Below are positions 13,238 through 24,470 of a stretch of 64,000 nucleotides of DNA, piece after piece. Source of the DNA: Candidatus Poribacteria bacterium (GTDB taxonomy: Bacteria > Poribacteria > WGA-4E > WGA-3G); assembly GCA_965215265.1 (NCBI GenBank), contig OZ244048.1, positions 1,920,001 through 1,984,000 on the forward strand. Direction: 5' to 3'. The first letter of the stretch is position 1. Each line of letters begins with the position of its first letter. The notes under the pieces were generated by a model. That model made no database searches. It was given only the letters and a program-made list of their open reading frames with translations, and was not told the DNA's origin. The position numbers and the translations under genes are program-made.

Positions 13238-14218
13238 ATGAAAGCTATCATCAGAACGGCCGATGGGGATGCAGAAGTCTTGAAAATCGGACAGGTGCCC
13301 TCGCCGGAACCAATGGATACACAGTTACTGGTGGATGTTCACGTGACAGCGCTCAATCGAGCAGATCTGATTCAACGCCGCGGGGGATATCCGCCACCGC
13401 CTGGTGAATCCGAGATACTCGGTTTAGAAATTGCCGGGACAGTTGCACAAATGGGCGGTGCTGTAACAGGCTTTGAACCGGGTAGCCGTGTTTTCGGCTT
13501 AGTTGGAGGGGGCGGCTACGCCGAGCAAGCAGTTATTGATTACCGGATGGCGATGCATATACCGGACAAATGGGGTTTTGAACAAGCTGCAGCAGTGCCA
13601 GAGGTCTTTTTTACTGCAAACGAGAACATCTTCACCCTCGGGAGATTGGCACCCGGAGAAACGATTCTGATTCATGCGGGCGGAAGTGGCGTGGGGAGTG
13701 CTGGTATTCAAATGGCACATCATGCGGGAGCTCGTGTCTTTGTAACGGCTGGCTCTACAGCCAAAATTAATCGTTGCAAAGCACTCGGAGCAGTCGATGG
13801 AATCAACTACAAAACGGATGATTTCGTTGCGCTGATCCAGGAATTCACAAACAGGAAAGGGGTTGACGTTGTCTTAGACTTTATTGGTGCGCCGTATCTT
13901 GCCCGAAACCTCACACTTCTCAAGACGCAAGGTAGACTGCTGCAAGTAGGTTTGATAGGCGGTTCTAGTGCGGCAATTAACTTAAGTCTCCTCATGCGCA
14001 ACCGGCTCCAGATTATCGGTTCCGTGATGCGTCCGCAATCCGTTCTGGAGAAAATCAGCATTACAGAAAGGTTTGTCCACAGATGGCTGCCCCTCTTGAA
14101 GGACGGCACGCTCCAGCCTATTATTGATACAGTTTTTCCCTTGGTACAAGCCGGAGAGGCTCACGAATATATGGAATCGAACCGCAATTTTGGTAAAATC
14201 CTTTTAAAGGTACGTTAG
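13238..14218 (+). CDS. NAD(P)H:quinone oxidoreductase, PIG3 family
   Basis: LNRADLIQRRGGYPPPPG, ILGLEIAG, HAGGSGVG, FGKILL. Confidence 0.92.
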   Translation: MKAIIRTADGDAEVLKIGQVPSPEPMDTQLLVDVHVTALNRADLIQRRGGYPPPPGESEILGLEIAGTVAQMGGAVTGFEPGSRVFGLVGGGGYAEQAVIDYRMAMHIPDKWGFEQAAAVPEVFFTANENIFTLGRLAPGETILIHAGGSGVGSAGIQMAHHAGARVFVTAGSTAKINRCKALGAVDGINYKTDDFVALIQEFTNRKGVDVVLDFIGAPYLARNLTLLKTQGRLLQVGLIGGSSAAINLSLLMRNRLQIIGSVMRPQSVLEKISITERFVHRWLPLLKDGTLQPIIDTVFPLVQAGEAHEYMESNRNFGKILLKVR

Positions 14219-14385
14219 GGATTGTCGCTTGGAGTTACCTCGTTCCAAAAATGTTGAAGAATCTGCGCATGAAAAGCGACTAAACTGCATAAATTATCTA
14301 TACTATAAAAACGCATTTTTCATGTAAATTGGTAAAGGCGTTTGAGTACCTCAGTAGAATCTTACAGAAAATCGGAACCTTTACG

Positions 14386-17300
14386 ATGTGGAACCCTATA
14401 AAAGAAAATAACAGATACCTGTTTGTGTCTCTCTTTATCCTCCTTTTTGGAATGGCTTGCGTTGCGCCGGTTGAGGCACGTGTTCGTCACATCACAACTG
14501 CCGAAGGCATCACGCTACATCTGGATTTGCCGCAGCTTATGTATGAAGAAGAAGTCTTAGATGGTGTGACGTATCAACATGTTAGTTATGCCGGGTGTGG
14601 CTACTTGTCCGAACTCGGCATGCCGAAAGTCCCGGTGACGCGTGTGATGCTTGGTGTTCCACCGCGAGTGAACGTAGAGGTGGCAGATGTGTCTGCTGCC
14701 CCTATGCAGACGCGCGGTGGTATCCGGCTCTCCCGCGTGCCAGGGCTGCTAGCGCGTCAGACTTCTGCAAACAGAATCCCGGCATCGCTGGCACGCATTG
14801 TTGCAGATGGCTATATCCGCAGTCAACGGGTTGTAGTGTTGGAATTGGCACCAGTGCAGTACCTCGTTCAAGCGCGACAGTTACAGACGTACGCTTCGCT
14901 CACGGTGAACCTGCACTTTCGGTTATCAGGGAAAAATACCGGTTCTCCCTCAGCAATAGATGAGTTTCCGGGGTTCTCTGCCTTGCAGGGTCCCGTCGTG
15001 AAGGAGCCTGCTGTTTTTGAAGAAATGTTGTCGCGGTTACTGTTGAATGCAGAAGCGGCGGCTCCGTTTCGTATGCCTCGTCGTGCAGCGGTGGCGGCAG
15101 CTGTGACGGATGGGGCCGCTAGCACCCGCTACAAGATTTTCGTCGAACACACGGGAGTCCACGTGATTAGTGCAGAGTCGCTTAGGCGCGATTTTGACAT
15201 AGATGTGATTGGTACAAATCCGATGAACTTTCGGATGTGGCACGGCAGCAGAGAAGTACCGCTGTACATCAATGGGGCACAGGACGGCCGATTTGATGCA
15301 CACGATACCATCTTCTTCCTGGGTCAGAAAACCGACAATCCGTACACCCGGTGGAATATCTATTGGCTCACACAGGATGGACGCGGCACCCCGCCCCCTG
15401 CACGCGTGCCGAACCTAAACGCAGGACCCGCTGACCCCACAGCGACGCAGGTACCGTCTTTCCGAGCTATCGTTAACTTTGAAGCCGACCGGCTAACCAG
15501 TAACCTAGAATTTGTGAAACCGGATGCCGTGTCCCCGGGCAATAAACACGGCTGGTTCGATGCACTTGACTTCTGGTATTGGGACGGCATCAAAAATGGC
15601 GGCGATAGTGGAGAAATGCGTTTGGAAGTCCCTCTCTATGACGTTGCTAAAAGTTTTGACCCGCCGAAGATTCATGTAGAGCTGCAGGGTGGAACACCTG
15701 TCGATCATGAGATTCTCGTGGCCTTCAATGGTGTTCGGATTGATGTCGCAAAGTGGGAAGAGCAAGATACTTTGACCCTTGAGCGGACATTTCGGACGTG
15801 GGAGACGCTTAAAGATTTGGCGGCTGGTGAGTACAACGTCTTTTCTTTGGCGCGGGTCGACAGCACTTTTGAAGAGGATACAACACGCTATCCGTATCAC
15901 GTCTATGTCAACCGGTTTTCAGTGGAATACACGCGACTTTTCAAAGCGGTTGGCGACCGCTTATGGTTGCGGACTCCTTCTCGGGCCGACGCAGAATCAC
16001 GCCCAGGCCGCAAATTGCAATACAGAGTTGAATCTTTCATCGCACCGGACGTGCATGTGTTTGAGACGGATGGCGCGAACCTCACAGCGAAGCTGAGTGG
16101 ACTCTCTATTAAGGAGAAGCAGGTCGAACGGACAGAACGGGATAGGTGGCAGCATCTTATCACTACGGACACGCTTGGGCAGGATGCACAGATTCCATCT
16201 AAGACATATACTGTAACCTTTCAGGTGTCGGATGCGCGCACAACGCAGTTTATTGCAATCTCATCAGCAGCACTCCTGCAGCCAGTCCGTGTGGCATTAG
16301 TGCAGCCAAGTGAGCTCACCACCTCATCGCACGGTGCTGATTACCTGATCGTCACACATCCAAAATTCAACGACGCTGCGGAAACCTTGGCGGCGTGGCG
16401 CGCCACACCGAGTGGCGGCGGATACCGCACGAAGGTTGTCAGCACAGACGATATTTACAATACATTTGGGGACGGCCACGTACATCCGGAGGCCATTAAA
16501 ACGTTTTTTACCCACGTCTATCATACCTGGGAGCCCCCTGCGCCAACGTATGTCGTGCTTTTTGGTGATGCAACCTTTGACTTCCGCGGAATTGACACCT
16601 CCCTTTACCCCGAACCGCCACAAACGGATGGCTACATTCCGACACACTACATCCATACAGATTCGTTTGGGCGTACCTCGTCCGATCATTGGTACGCTAC
16701 TGTTTCTGGGTACGACTCCTTCACAGATTTTTATATCGGTAGGCTGAGTGCGGAGACGACAAGCGAAGCGATAACAATTGTTGATAAAATTATCGGCTAC
16801 GAGCAGCGTGCCCAGGACAGTGGTGGAAACCGGCGAGAGGATGGAGAGTGGCGCCGAAAAATCATCTCAGTTGCAGATGATGAAGTAAGCAACTCTGGAG
16901 ATTTTATCTTCAAAAAGAGCCTGGATGAAATCGCTAAAAATCATACGTTGTTGGGCTATGAAACCGTGGAAGTGTTTCTCGAAGATGTGATTGACGAAGT
17001 AGAGGCGCGCCCGGGGGATTTTCCTGGCCTCTTACCGCAACGTGTGGCGAAAAACCGAATTATTGATGCTTTCAATGAAGGGGCTGTCATCGCACAATAC
17101 GCGGGCCACGGCGGTAGAATCGGCTGGGCACACGAAGCGATTTTTGATAATGCCTCGATTGACTTGCTGGAAGAGACACCGAACACCCCGTTTATGCTGG
17201 TGCTGAGTTGCTACAACGGCTACTTTGACAAGCCAGGTGAACCAAGCATTGCGGAGAAATTCTTACGGAAACCGAGGGGCGGGATTATCGGCATGCTCAG

Positions 17301-20300
17301 TGCCACGCGTCTCACATACGCCGGCGGAAATGATGCCCTTAACCGTATCATCTTTGATATGGTGTTCAAACGCAACGTTGCACAGCTTGGGCCGCTGAGT
17401 TTTGATTCAAAAGTTGAGCTGCTAATAACAGAAGGCACAGGGCAAATTGATGTGATGATGGAGTACACACTCTTCGGGGATCCGGCGTTACGGATTGCCT
17501 TGCCTGAGTACGAACTTCGTCCCGAAATCTTAACGAAGACCGTTACTCCCGGTGACACCCTCCGCATTGCTGCGGGTTCGGTCCAAAATGTGCAGTATGA
17601 CCAGCAGACGCAAAGCAAACAGTTCACCCGAAACACCGATTTTGAGGGAACGCTCACTGTCAAAGCACTCTTCCCCGGCAAAAGTGCAATTGGACAAGGT
17701 GTTGCTGGGCCAGTCGAGTACTATACTGGCGATGTGATTGTCACCCAAACCGTACCCGTCACCGGTGGAACATACCCAGCGGTGAACATCACAGTTCCGC
17801 ATAATATTGCGTCCGGTGATGCGCATGTTGAATACGCTGCCGAAAGTCGTACAACTGCAGACATCGCGGTTGGGGGTGACGCATTTACCGTGGATATCCC
17901 GAAGATACTTGACATCCGACCCGAATTAGTTGGAGATGATACCTTCAGTATCTCTGTGGAGGTATCAGATGACGCTGCAGAGCAACTCGCCGCAGTCACG
18001 CTTGAGTGGCGCAATCCGGAAACACGGCAGTGGGCGGAGGTGGCACTTATCCCGAAAGAATCGAGCCCGAATCGGGGGTGGTGGACGGTGCCTGAGCCAC
18101 TTCCTGCACCGACAGACGGTGCTGTCATACGCTACCAGATTCGCGTCACCGATACCGATGGCAATAGTGTCAAAAGTGATAACTTGCGCTATTATCCGTA
18201 TGTCTATCCGAATCTCTCTGTTGTTGAGGTTTCGCGTGAAGCTATGATTTGGTATCACTATAGTAATACCACCAATCAGTGGCAGCTCTCTGCAGATCTG
18301 CAATGGGTAGGCGGCGATGAACAAACCTCTGTCTCTGTTAGTTTCTTTAGTGGTAACCCAGATTTGAACGAGGACGGGGTGATTGATAGCGAGGCAAATC
18401 AAATCGGGGTTACCCGAGTGAACTCAGCCGATTGGGTACAGCGTAATCCGTTGAAGAAAAACGGCGTTTATCCATCGGATCCGCTCAACATAAATCCTAT
18501 TGCTACAGCGACAATTGTGCACCAATTGCGCCGCGGCACACACGATATCTTTGTGGTGATTGATGCTCCAGGGACGGTGACGGAAAACGATGAAGAAGAT
18601 AATGTCGGCTACCGCCGTATTCACGTCGAGAGTGGAGTTGTAGGGCAGCAGCCGCGTCAAATTCCGAGTTTAGATGGAAACTGCGTCATCACTGCACCGC
18701 CAAACGTTCTGGATACCGAGGCTGTCGTGGCGATTCGCGCGCTTGGGAGTTCTACAGATTCCGAAGATACTGCGGCCCATCTGCAGCCAGTTGGTTCTCT
18801 TGAAAAAAGCTACCCCTCTGTTTTCCGGCTCCAACGTGCGCCGCTACCGGGTGATGTGTTTGGTTATGATATCGCCTTGCCGGACGGTGAACTGTTGTCT
18901 CGATTGAAAACTCCTGTCACGGTAGATTTGAATTTGGACATGGCCACACTGAGGGAGCAGTTGAGACAGGAGTTGTTGGGTGTTGACGTAACGCATGGCG
19001 GTGCGCAAGAAGAGGTATTGGATGTCGCTTCTACGGTGGCGGCGGCGGTGACTTCGCGCGCGCAGGAGACCGGGATATACCTCTGGAGCACGCCACTTGG
19101 TAACTGGACCCGGCTTGAGTCCCAAACCCTTTCCCAGGACGGGACCGTGCAGATGAAGGTTACGCATGTCTCCGCGCAAAATACCGGCGGTGGCCGGTTG
19201 CAGGATGTTCGCATTCATTCAGAAGGCGCACGTATCGGGAAGTGGGTACTACTCTGGAAGGCAGCACGTTCTTATCGCTTGTTATTAGCACCGACAGAAC
19301 GTGCTGATGTTGACGGCACAGATGCGGATGCCCCGCTGGTTGAAATTGAGCACTCGTTGGAAACTGTGGATGCCGCGCAGCAAATCATAAGTTTTAGCCC
19401 AGAATACCCGACTTTTAGCAACGGCATCGCGCTTGATATTGAGCCTGAGGCTTCTGACCCGTTTGCTTTCGGCGATGTTCTCTCTTTCCGTATCACGGAA
19501 CTCCCTGACCTGTCTGCTGATGAGAATGTTGCCAGTCCGCAGTGGTATGCCTCCTCGTTCCGGAGTGGCAATCAAGGCAGTGGTAGCCTGAGTTACATCC
19601 GTCTTGAACCGGATACCGCTATGCCTGAAGATCGGTGGGTGCTCCTCTTTGTCACAGAAACGGAATTTCAGTTGGAAGGCGAAAAAACCGGAATTCTACG
19701 TGGGTCAGACGGGATGCCCTACCGTGGGGAAAGCGGCATTCCGTTTGAATATGCGCCTTACGGCTTAAATCTTCTGGTGACGCAAGGCGAGCGTCCCTTT
19801 AGCGTCGGTGATAGTTTCCGATTTCAAACCCGGCCAGTCCGGACACTCCGTGCCACAACAGATATCCTTGGACCCGTGACACTCCTGCACAGCGATGATA
19901 CCGTTCCACCGGATATCCAGTTAACCGTCTCGTCTCAGCAGCACTTTGTGACAGGCGATGCAACGGGGGCGGAACCGGTTATTGGTGCAACGCTGACTGA
20001 CGACAGCGGGTTGGATTACATAACACGGCCTGTAACATTGGAACTCGGCACACCGGGCGGTGCCTATGAACCTATTGCCCCGGATACGTATCAGTTGACG
20101 CAGGTGCCGGGCTCGACCCAACTGGTTTTAACGTACGCGTCTCCGAAGTTGGAACCCGGCGAGTATAGCATGCGGCTTACAGCGAGTGATGTACACAGCA
20201 ACATAGGGGAGGCAGATATGACGTTTAAAGTTTACGGCAACCTACAACTCGTTTCTTTCCTTAATTACCCGAATCCGTTTGAGCACTCCACCAAACTGAC

Positions 20301-20541
20301 GTGTGAGCTCACGGCACCCGCCGATTCGATAGACATCAAAATCTATACGCTGAGTGGGCGGCTCATTCGTACTTTGTCACTGTTACCGACTGCCGGGTTC
20401 TTGATGGAGGAATGGGATGGTAGAGATGCAGATGGGGTCGAAGTAGCAAACGGTGTCTATTACGCGAAAATTCGCATCCAACCGCAAGGCGAAGGTGATA
20501 AAGAGATTACCGAGATATTGAAAATGCTGAAACTGCGATGA
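14386..20541 (+). CDS. Large C25 (gingipain/PorU-like) cysteine peptidase with propeptide, CARDB-like and C-terminal FlgD/T9SS-CTD-like domains
   Basis: YLIVTH, YVVLFGDA, IGRL, catalytic YAGHGG and LSCYNG, LFGDP. C-terminal NYPNPF...IYTLSGRL...WDGRD...NGVYY. Confidence 0.88.
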   Translation: MWNPIKENNRYLFVSLFILLFGMACVAPVEARVRHITTAEGITLHLDLPQLMYEEEVLDGVTYQHVSYAGCGYLSELGMPKVPVTRVMLGVPPRVNVEVADVSAAPMQTRGGIRLSRVPGLLARQTSANRIPASLARIVADGYIRSQRVVVLELAPVQYLVQARQLQTYASLTVNLHFRLSGKNTGSPSAIDEFPGFSALQGPVVKEPAVFEEMLSRLLLNAEAAAPFRMPRRAAVAAAVTDGAASTRYKIFVEHTGVHVISAESLRRDFDIDVIGTNPMNFRMWHGSREVPLYINGAQDGRFDAHDTIFFLGQKTDNPYTRWNIYWLTQDGRGTPPPARVPNLNAGPADPTATQVPSFRAIVNFEADRLTSNLEFVKPDAVSPGNKHGWFDALDFWYWDGIKNGGDSGEMRLEVPLYDVAKSFDPPKIHVELQGGTPVDHEILVAFNGVRIDVAKWEEQDTLTLERTFRTWETLKDLAAGEYNVFSLARVDSTFEEDTTRYPYHVYVNRFSVEYTRLFKAVGDRLWLRTPSRADAESRPGRKLQYRVESFIAPDVHVFETDGANLTAKLSGLSIKEKQVERTERDRWQHLITTDTLGQDAQIPSKTYTVTFQVSDARTTQFIAISSAALLQPVRVALVQPSELTTSSHGADYLIVTHPKFNDAAETLAAWRATPSGGGYRTKVVSTDDIYNTFGDGHVHPEAIKTFFTHVYHTWEPPAPTYVVLFGDATFDFRGIDTSLYPEPPQTDGYIPTHYIHTDSFGRTSSDHWYATVSGYDSFTDFYIGRLSAETTSEAITIVDKIIGYEQRAQDSGGNRREDGEWRRKIISVADDEVSNSGDFIFKKSLDEIAKNHTLLGYETVEVFLEDVIDEVEARPGDFPGLLPQRVAKNRIIDAFNEGAVIAQYAGHGGRIGWAHEAIFDNASIDLLEETPNTPFMLVLSCYNGYFDKPGEPSIAEKFLRKPRGGIIGMLSATRLTYAGGNDALNRIIFDMVFKRNVAQLGPLSFDSKVELLITEGTGQIDVMMEYTLFGDPALRIALPEYELRPEILTKTVTPGDTLRIAAGSVQNVQYDQQTQSKQFTRNTDFEGTLTVKALFPGKSAIGQGVAGPVEYYTGDVIVTQTVPVTGGTYPAVNITVPHNIASGDAHVEYAAESRTTADIAVGGDAFTVDIPKILDIRPELVGDDTFSISVEVSDDAAEQLAAVTLEWRNPETRQWAEVALIPKESSPNRGWWTVPEPLPAPTDGAVIRYQIRVTDTDGNSVKSDNLRYYPYVYPNLSVVEVSREAMIWYHYSNTTNQWQLSADLQWVGGDEQTSVSVSFFSGNPDLNEDGVIDSEANQIGVTRVNSADWVQRNPLKKNGVYPSDPLNINPIATATIVHQLRRGTHDIFVVIDAPGTVTENDEEDNVGYRRIHVESGVVGQQPRQIPSLDGNCVITAPPNVLDTEAVVAIRALGSSTDSEDTAAHLQPVGSLEKSYPSVFRLQRAPLPGDVFGYDIALPDGELLSRLKTPVTVDLNLDMATLREQLRQELLGVDVTHGGAQEEVLDVASTVAAAVTSRAQETGIYLWSTPLGNWTRLESQTLSQDGTVQMKVTHVSAQNTGGGRLQDVRIHSEGARIGKWVLLWKAARSYRLLLAPTERADVDGTDADAPLVEIEHSLETVDAAQQIISFSPEYPTFSNGIALDIEPEASDPFAFGDVLSFRITELPDLSADENVASPQWYASSFRSGNQGSGSLSYIRLEPDTAMPEDRWVLLFVTETEFQLEGEKTGILRGSDGMPYRGESGIPFEYAPYGLNLLVTQGERPFSVGDSFRFQTRPVRTLRATTDILGPVTLLHSDDTVPPDIQLTVSSQQHFVTGDATGAEPVIGATLTDDSGLDYITRPVTLELGTPGGAYEPIAPDTYQLTQVPGSTQLVLTYASPKLEPGEYSMRLTASDVHSNIGEADMTFKVYGNLQLVSFLNYPNPFEHSTKLTCELTAPADSIDIKIYTLSGRLIRTLSLLPTAGFLMEEWDGRDADGVEVANGVYYAKIRIQPQGEGDKEITEILKMLKLR

Positions 20542-20625
20542 ATTTTATTTACGGAATATTGGACGATACGAGGCGAGGATAGGAGGTTGTTTATCTTATT
20601 CCTGATTCGCACGACGAAGACAACC

Positions 20626-21627
20626 ATGAAAAATTATAAGTTTTGGGTGGGCATCGGCTGCCTTCTGACATATTTCTCGATGCCGACGGAAACCTTCGCA
20701 AAATATACGGCGGACTTTTTGACGTTAGGGATAGGCGCGCGCGCTGTGGCGATGGGGGGCTCGGCGACGGCCACTACCGATGATGCTTTTGCAATTTATT
20801 GGAATCCAGCGGCGTTGGGGCAGCAACGGCACCACCAATTGGGTTTGATGCACGCGACACTCAATGGGCTTGCGGCCCACAATTTTATCGGTTACAGCCA
20901 TCCGTTAAAAAAGAGTGGGGCCTTCAGTATCGCCTGGCTCCGTGTCGGAGTTGACGATATCCCTATCACCGCTCTCCCGGTTACCAGCCGTCCAGTCGGA
21001 CCCACAAACCGTCCGAAGGTCATCGGCACCACGAGTCATACACAAAATGCAGCAGTCCTCGCAGGCGGATGGCACCTACTGTCGCTTTCTCAATTCTCCT
21101 TTCGGGTTGGGGGTGCGCTTAAACTGCTCTATGTTGATAGTTATCGAAACACAAACGCGCTCGGGGGCGGTGGAGACTTTGGCCTTCTCATCACGGCTGA
21201 GAAACCTGCTGTTTCCTTGGGTGTCCAAGTTGCTGATGTTTTGAGCACCAAGCTCTATTGGAATACGCCACCGGCAGGGGAAGGGGATGCACCGTACACA
21301 GAGACACTCGCACCGCACGTCAAAATCGGGATTGCCTCAACGCACCGACTCCCGCCGATGAACAGCCGTCTGACGCTTGCTTGTGATGTTTTCACGCAAC
21401 ACTGGCCGGAACTGCATGCAGGTGCAGAGTATATGCTGTTTGATGTGATTGCTTTACGAATCGGAGTAGAGGGACAGAACGGGACCACGCGCTTGATGCG
21501 TTTGACAACTGGTGTTGGTGTACATCTACGTTTTGTGACAGGAGCAGCGGCTGTGTTGGACTATGCCTTTGCGAACCACCCAGAACTCGGTGGCAGCCAT
21601 CGGATGTCTTTTCAAATCGGTTTCTAG
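20626..21627 (+). CDS. PorV/PorQ family outer-membrane beta-barrel protein
   Basis: FLTLGIGARAVAMG...YWNPAAL N-terminus. Ends with DYAF...LGGSHRMSFQIGF. Directly after the C25 gene. Confidence 0.85.
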   Translation: MKNYKFWVGIGCLLTYFSMPTETFAKYTADFLTLGIGARAVAMGGSATATTDDAFAIYWNPAALGQQRHHQLGLMHATLNGLAAHNFIGYSHPLKKSGAFSIAWLRVGVDDIPITALPVTSRPVGPTNRPKVIGTTSHTQNAAVLAGGWHLLSLSQFSFRVGGALKLLYVDSYRNTNALGGGGDFGLLITAEKPAVSLGVQVADVLSTKLYWNTPPAGEGDAPYTETLAPHVKIGIASTHRLPPMNSRLTLACDVFTQHWPELHAGAEYMLFDVIALRIGVEGQNGTTRLMRLTTGVGVHLRFVTGAAAVLDYAFANHPELGGSHRMSFQIGF

Positions 21628-21806
21628 ATGGAGTGGCAGGATAGGTATTCTTTGTCTGTCCTTTCAGGAGAGATAAGATTACCTTTTACCTGCCACCCAC
21701 TGGGTTGTTGTCGTTAGCAAGAGACTGCGAACCTAACCTAAGTTCAGAGGACATGGGACATCAAATAGATATAAGGTGCTAAGTAGATATCGCTTGGGGC
21801 CATTCT

Positions 21807-23035
21807 CTAATCTGGAGATGCAAGATAAGCACCGACAGCGATACCCCCATCTGTGGCAAACCAGAGGTTAGTTCGGCTGTCCTCAAATACTGAGTAAACA
21901 AGGTTACTCGGCAGCCCTTCATCTGTACCAAAATTTTGGAATGTCTTACCGTTATAGACGCTTACACCGACTCCGGCCTCACGGGAAATCATGCGAACAT
22001 TATTCCCGTTTTCTTGTAATGTTGGAGGCAGTTTCTGAACACCTATAACCCAGAGGTTTCCCCTACTATCCTGCATGATGTTGTGAACGCTGTTCATCGG
22101 GAGTTCCTCGCTTTGTAAAAAAGTCGTCAACTTTTTGCCGTCGTATCGACGTAATCCGCTCTGATCATCCGTCCCCTGTTCTTGGCTTATCCATAGGTTG
22201 CCATCTGCGTCAAACAATAAGTCTGTGATGTGCCCGGGGGGGGTGTCTCCCATTTCCTGAAAGGGCGCAAAATCGTCACCAACTCCGAAATATTGGGTAC
22301 GGGACATTTCGAGATTATAGTGGATAATGCCGGCGGTGCTCCCAAACCAAAAGTTTTCTGCTGTATCCTGCGCGATTGTCGTGATTTCATTCCACCACTC
22401 CGGCAATACCTTCATTCCTATGGGGCCCTCTTCTATAAGGATATTGTTGAATTTTTCGCCTTTGTGCTGGCTGACACCGTACCCTGTTGCAAACCAAAGC
22501 GTGCCTGATTTGTCCTCAAATATATCTTTGACGGTATCGTATGAGAGCCCGTCAGCGGTCGTAAAAATCCTGAACTTATCCCTTTCATACCGGCTGACAC
22601 CTTTTGGCGAACAAATTGTATTACGCCTTCCCGCGTTTGGTTTTCGAGCATGTTAGCCAGCTCACTCAATGGCATTGCCACCAATGACATATCTACAATG
22701 CTTTCCTTTTCTAAAATATTCGCAAGCTCTCCAGAGGCGAACCAGATCCGTCCGCAACTGTCTTCAAAGAGGATGCCCACAATATTCTCTGCGAATCCGT
22801 CTTGCTTCGTAAAGGTTCGCCACTCCTCGCCATCATAGCGAGAGACCTCCTCGGTTGTCCCAAACCACATATTGCCGTGGCTGTCTTCAAGAATAGCAAG
22901 AACCGTATCAGAAGCCAAACCATCTGCTTTTGTGAAGGTGTTTTCGATACGCAGTTCCCCAGCATAGGAACCACGGAGCAACACCATTGAAAAAACACAA
23001 ATCAGAACACCTATTGCACACAATAGCGTTCGCAT
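21807..23035 (-). pseudogene. Two-component-regulator-type beta-propeller protein, split by one frameshift near 22610-22650
   Basis: DGL.S..V..I.EDS.G..WFGT repeats in both frames. The downstream frame PKGVSRY...MKVLPEWW is continuous with the 21807-22415 ORF. Confidence 0.75.
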
Positions 23036-23086
23036 CTTTACGTCTCCTTCTATAACGATCACCCAAAAATCTATAGTGAATGACTT

Positions 23087-23102
23087 TGCAATTTATGTAC
23101 CA
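23087..23102 (-). promoter_or_regulatory. sigma54 (-24/-12) promoter
   Basis: Minus strand TGGTAC-ATAAA-TTGCA, about 50 nt upstream of the ATG at 23035. Confidence 0.7.
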
Positions 23103-23166
23103 CATCCAACGGGTAAGATTCGATTCATTGGCATCACAGACAATACAGAACATATCCCACATCTAA

Positions 23167-23217
23167 AACTGCACGCTTTGGTGCAAAAATGAAAATAACT
23201 GCCCGAGTCGGTGCAAA
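23167..23217. promoter_or_regulatory. Tandem enhancer-like sites (bEBP/NtrC-like UAS)
   Basis: AACTGCACGCTTTGGTGCAAA and AACTGCCCGAGTCGGTGCAAA, 30 bp apart, upstream of the sigma54 promoter. Confidence 0.5.
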
Positions 23218-23383
23218 TGCTGACGCGTCGCACCAATCAAATCACATAATATGATACCATGATAACTTTCCTACTCTTTTTCGAGATTTAAAATAAGCGT
23301 TCCACTACGCGGCATCGCACGGAGATTCCCTTCTGATACGCCGGCATCTAAAAAGAATTCCAATACTCCATTGGCATCCGCTT

Positions 23384-23803
23384 TTATCCAGAGACTCCTT
23401 TTTGTCCATGTGAGTCTGATGTATTCGCTCGCGGCAATCTTCCCTGCCCTCGATAATATGTGTAGACGGACGGGATCGCTAGATAGGTTACATAGGATAG
23501 TTGTTGCGGGTTAGAAACATCAATGACGTGCAAGTGTCGTTCGGTGGTAACATAGGCGTGCTTTCCTGAAAGGACAACGTTGTTTTTTGAAGTGCTGCGA
23601 AAAGGGAGAGGTAGTGCCCCTGTGAGTATCAGGATTTTGACATCTCTGGTCTTTAAAATAAGGAACTGACTGGTTTTTGGTTTCTCGGGTGTCAAGTCCT
23701 CTTGATTCTGATTAAGAACACTCGAGCTGCACCCCAGATTAACAAGGGCGAGCAATGCCGTTATGCTAAAAGTAAACATTGATTTGGCAAAAACTTTCTT
23801 CAT
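23384..23803 (-). pseudogene. Truncated LVIVD-repeat lipoprotein
   Basis: Lipobox NLGC and a single LVIVD unit (HAYVT...LHVIDVSNP), followed by unrelated sequence. Confidence 0.55.
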
Positions 23804-23907
23804 CGTTTTTTCTCCTCTTCAGTTTCGACTGCCGACTGTTCGGAAAAAGTCCTGACGGTTTTCCTGTGTATGGCATCTCAGAAAATCCAATTGATGCTAA
23901 AGATAGT

Positions 23908-23923
23908 TGCAATTTATATGCCA
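23908..23923 (-). promoter_or_regulatory. sigma54 (-24/-12) promoter
   Basis: Minus strand TGGCAT-ATAAA-TTGCA, upstream of the gene starting at 23803. Confidence 0.7.
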
Positions 23924-24268
23924 ATGTTTTGTCTTCAAAACCGATAAAGCGAGTTTCGTATAAACGTTCTTGTATCCATCTCGCTAGAGAGATGTTGTGT
24001 CACCGGAGTGGATGTTGAAAGGTTAAATAGGGGGCTGTCGCGGGGTTTCAGTCAAGAATGTTTCTTTTTCTACTGGTTTTCAAGAGATTGGATTTTTAGG
24101 CAACAATTGGGGTAGTTGCCCAGAAAGGGGCAATTTATACTTTTTGGCACCAAAAGAGGCAGTTTTAAGCAATGCTTGCCGGCCGCATGGTGCTACATAA
24201 GATTGCAAAAACGGTCAAAAAAAGTATAACACTTTACGCGTTAAACGAGCAGTGACCGAAAATCGAAT

Positions 24269-24466
24269 TTATGTGCGTTTCTCAATGAGTCGTCCGATGA
24301 AAAAGACTAAGATACCTAATGCTAAGAAGCCCATCTCAACGCCCATGGCTTTTGATTGGCTATATCCGAACGGATTGGCACATCCTAAGTAGAGCGCCGC
24401 GCCTAAGCAGGCAATGCCCATCAGTTCCAACGTTTTCCCAATATAGTACACATATCCTCCAATCAT
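24269..24466 (-). CDS. Small 2-TM membrane protein
   Basis: Two hydrophobic segments. Downstream of the CBM9-like gene on the same strand. Confidence 0.6.
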   Translation of the reverse strand: MIGGYVYYIGKTLELMGIACLGAALYLGCANPFGYSQSKAMGVEMGFLALGILVFFIGRLIEKRT

Positions 24467-24470
24467 GAGG

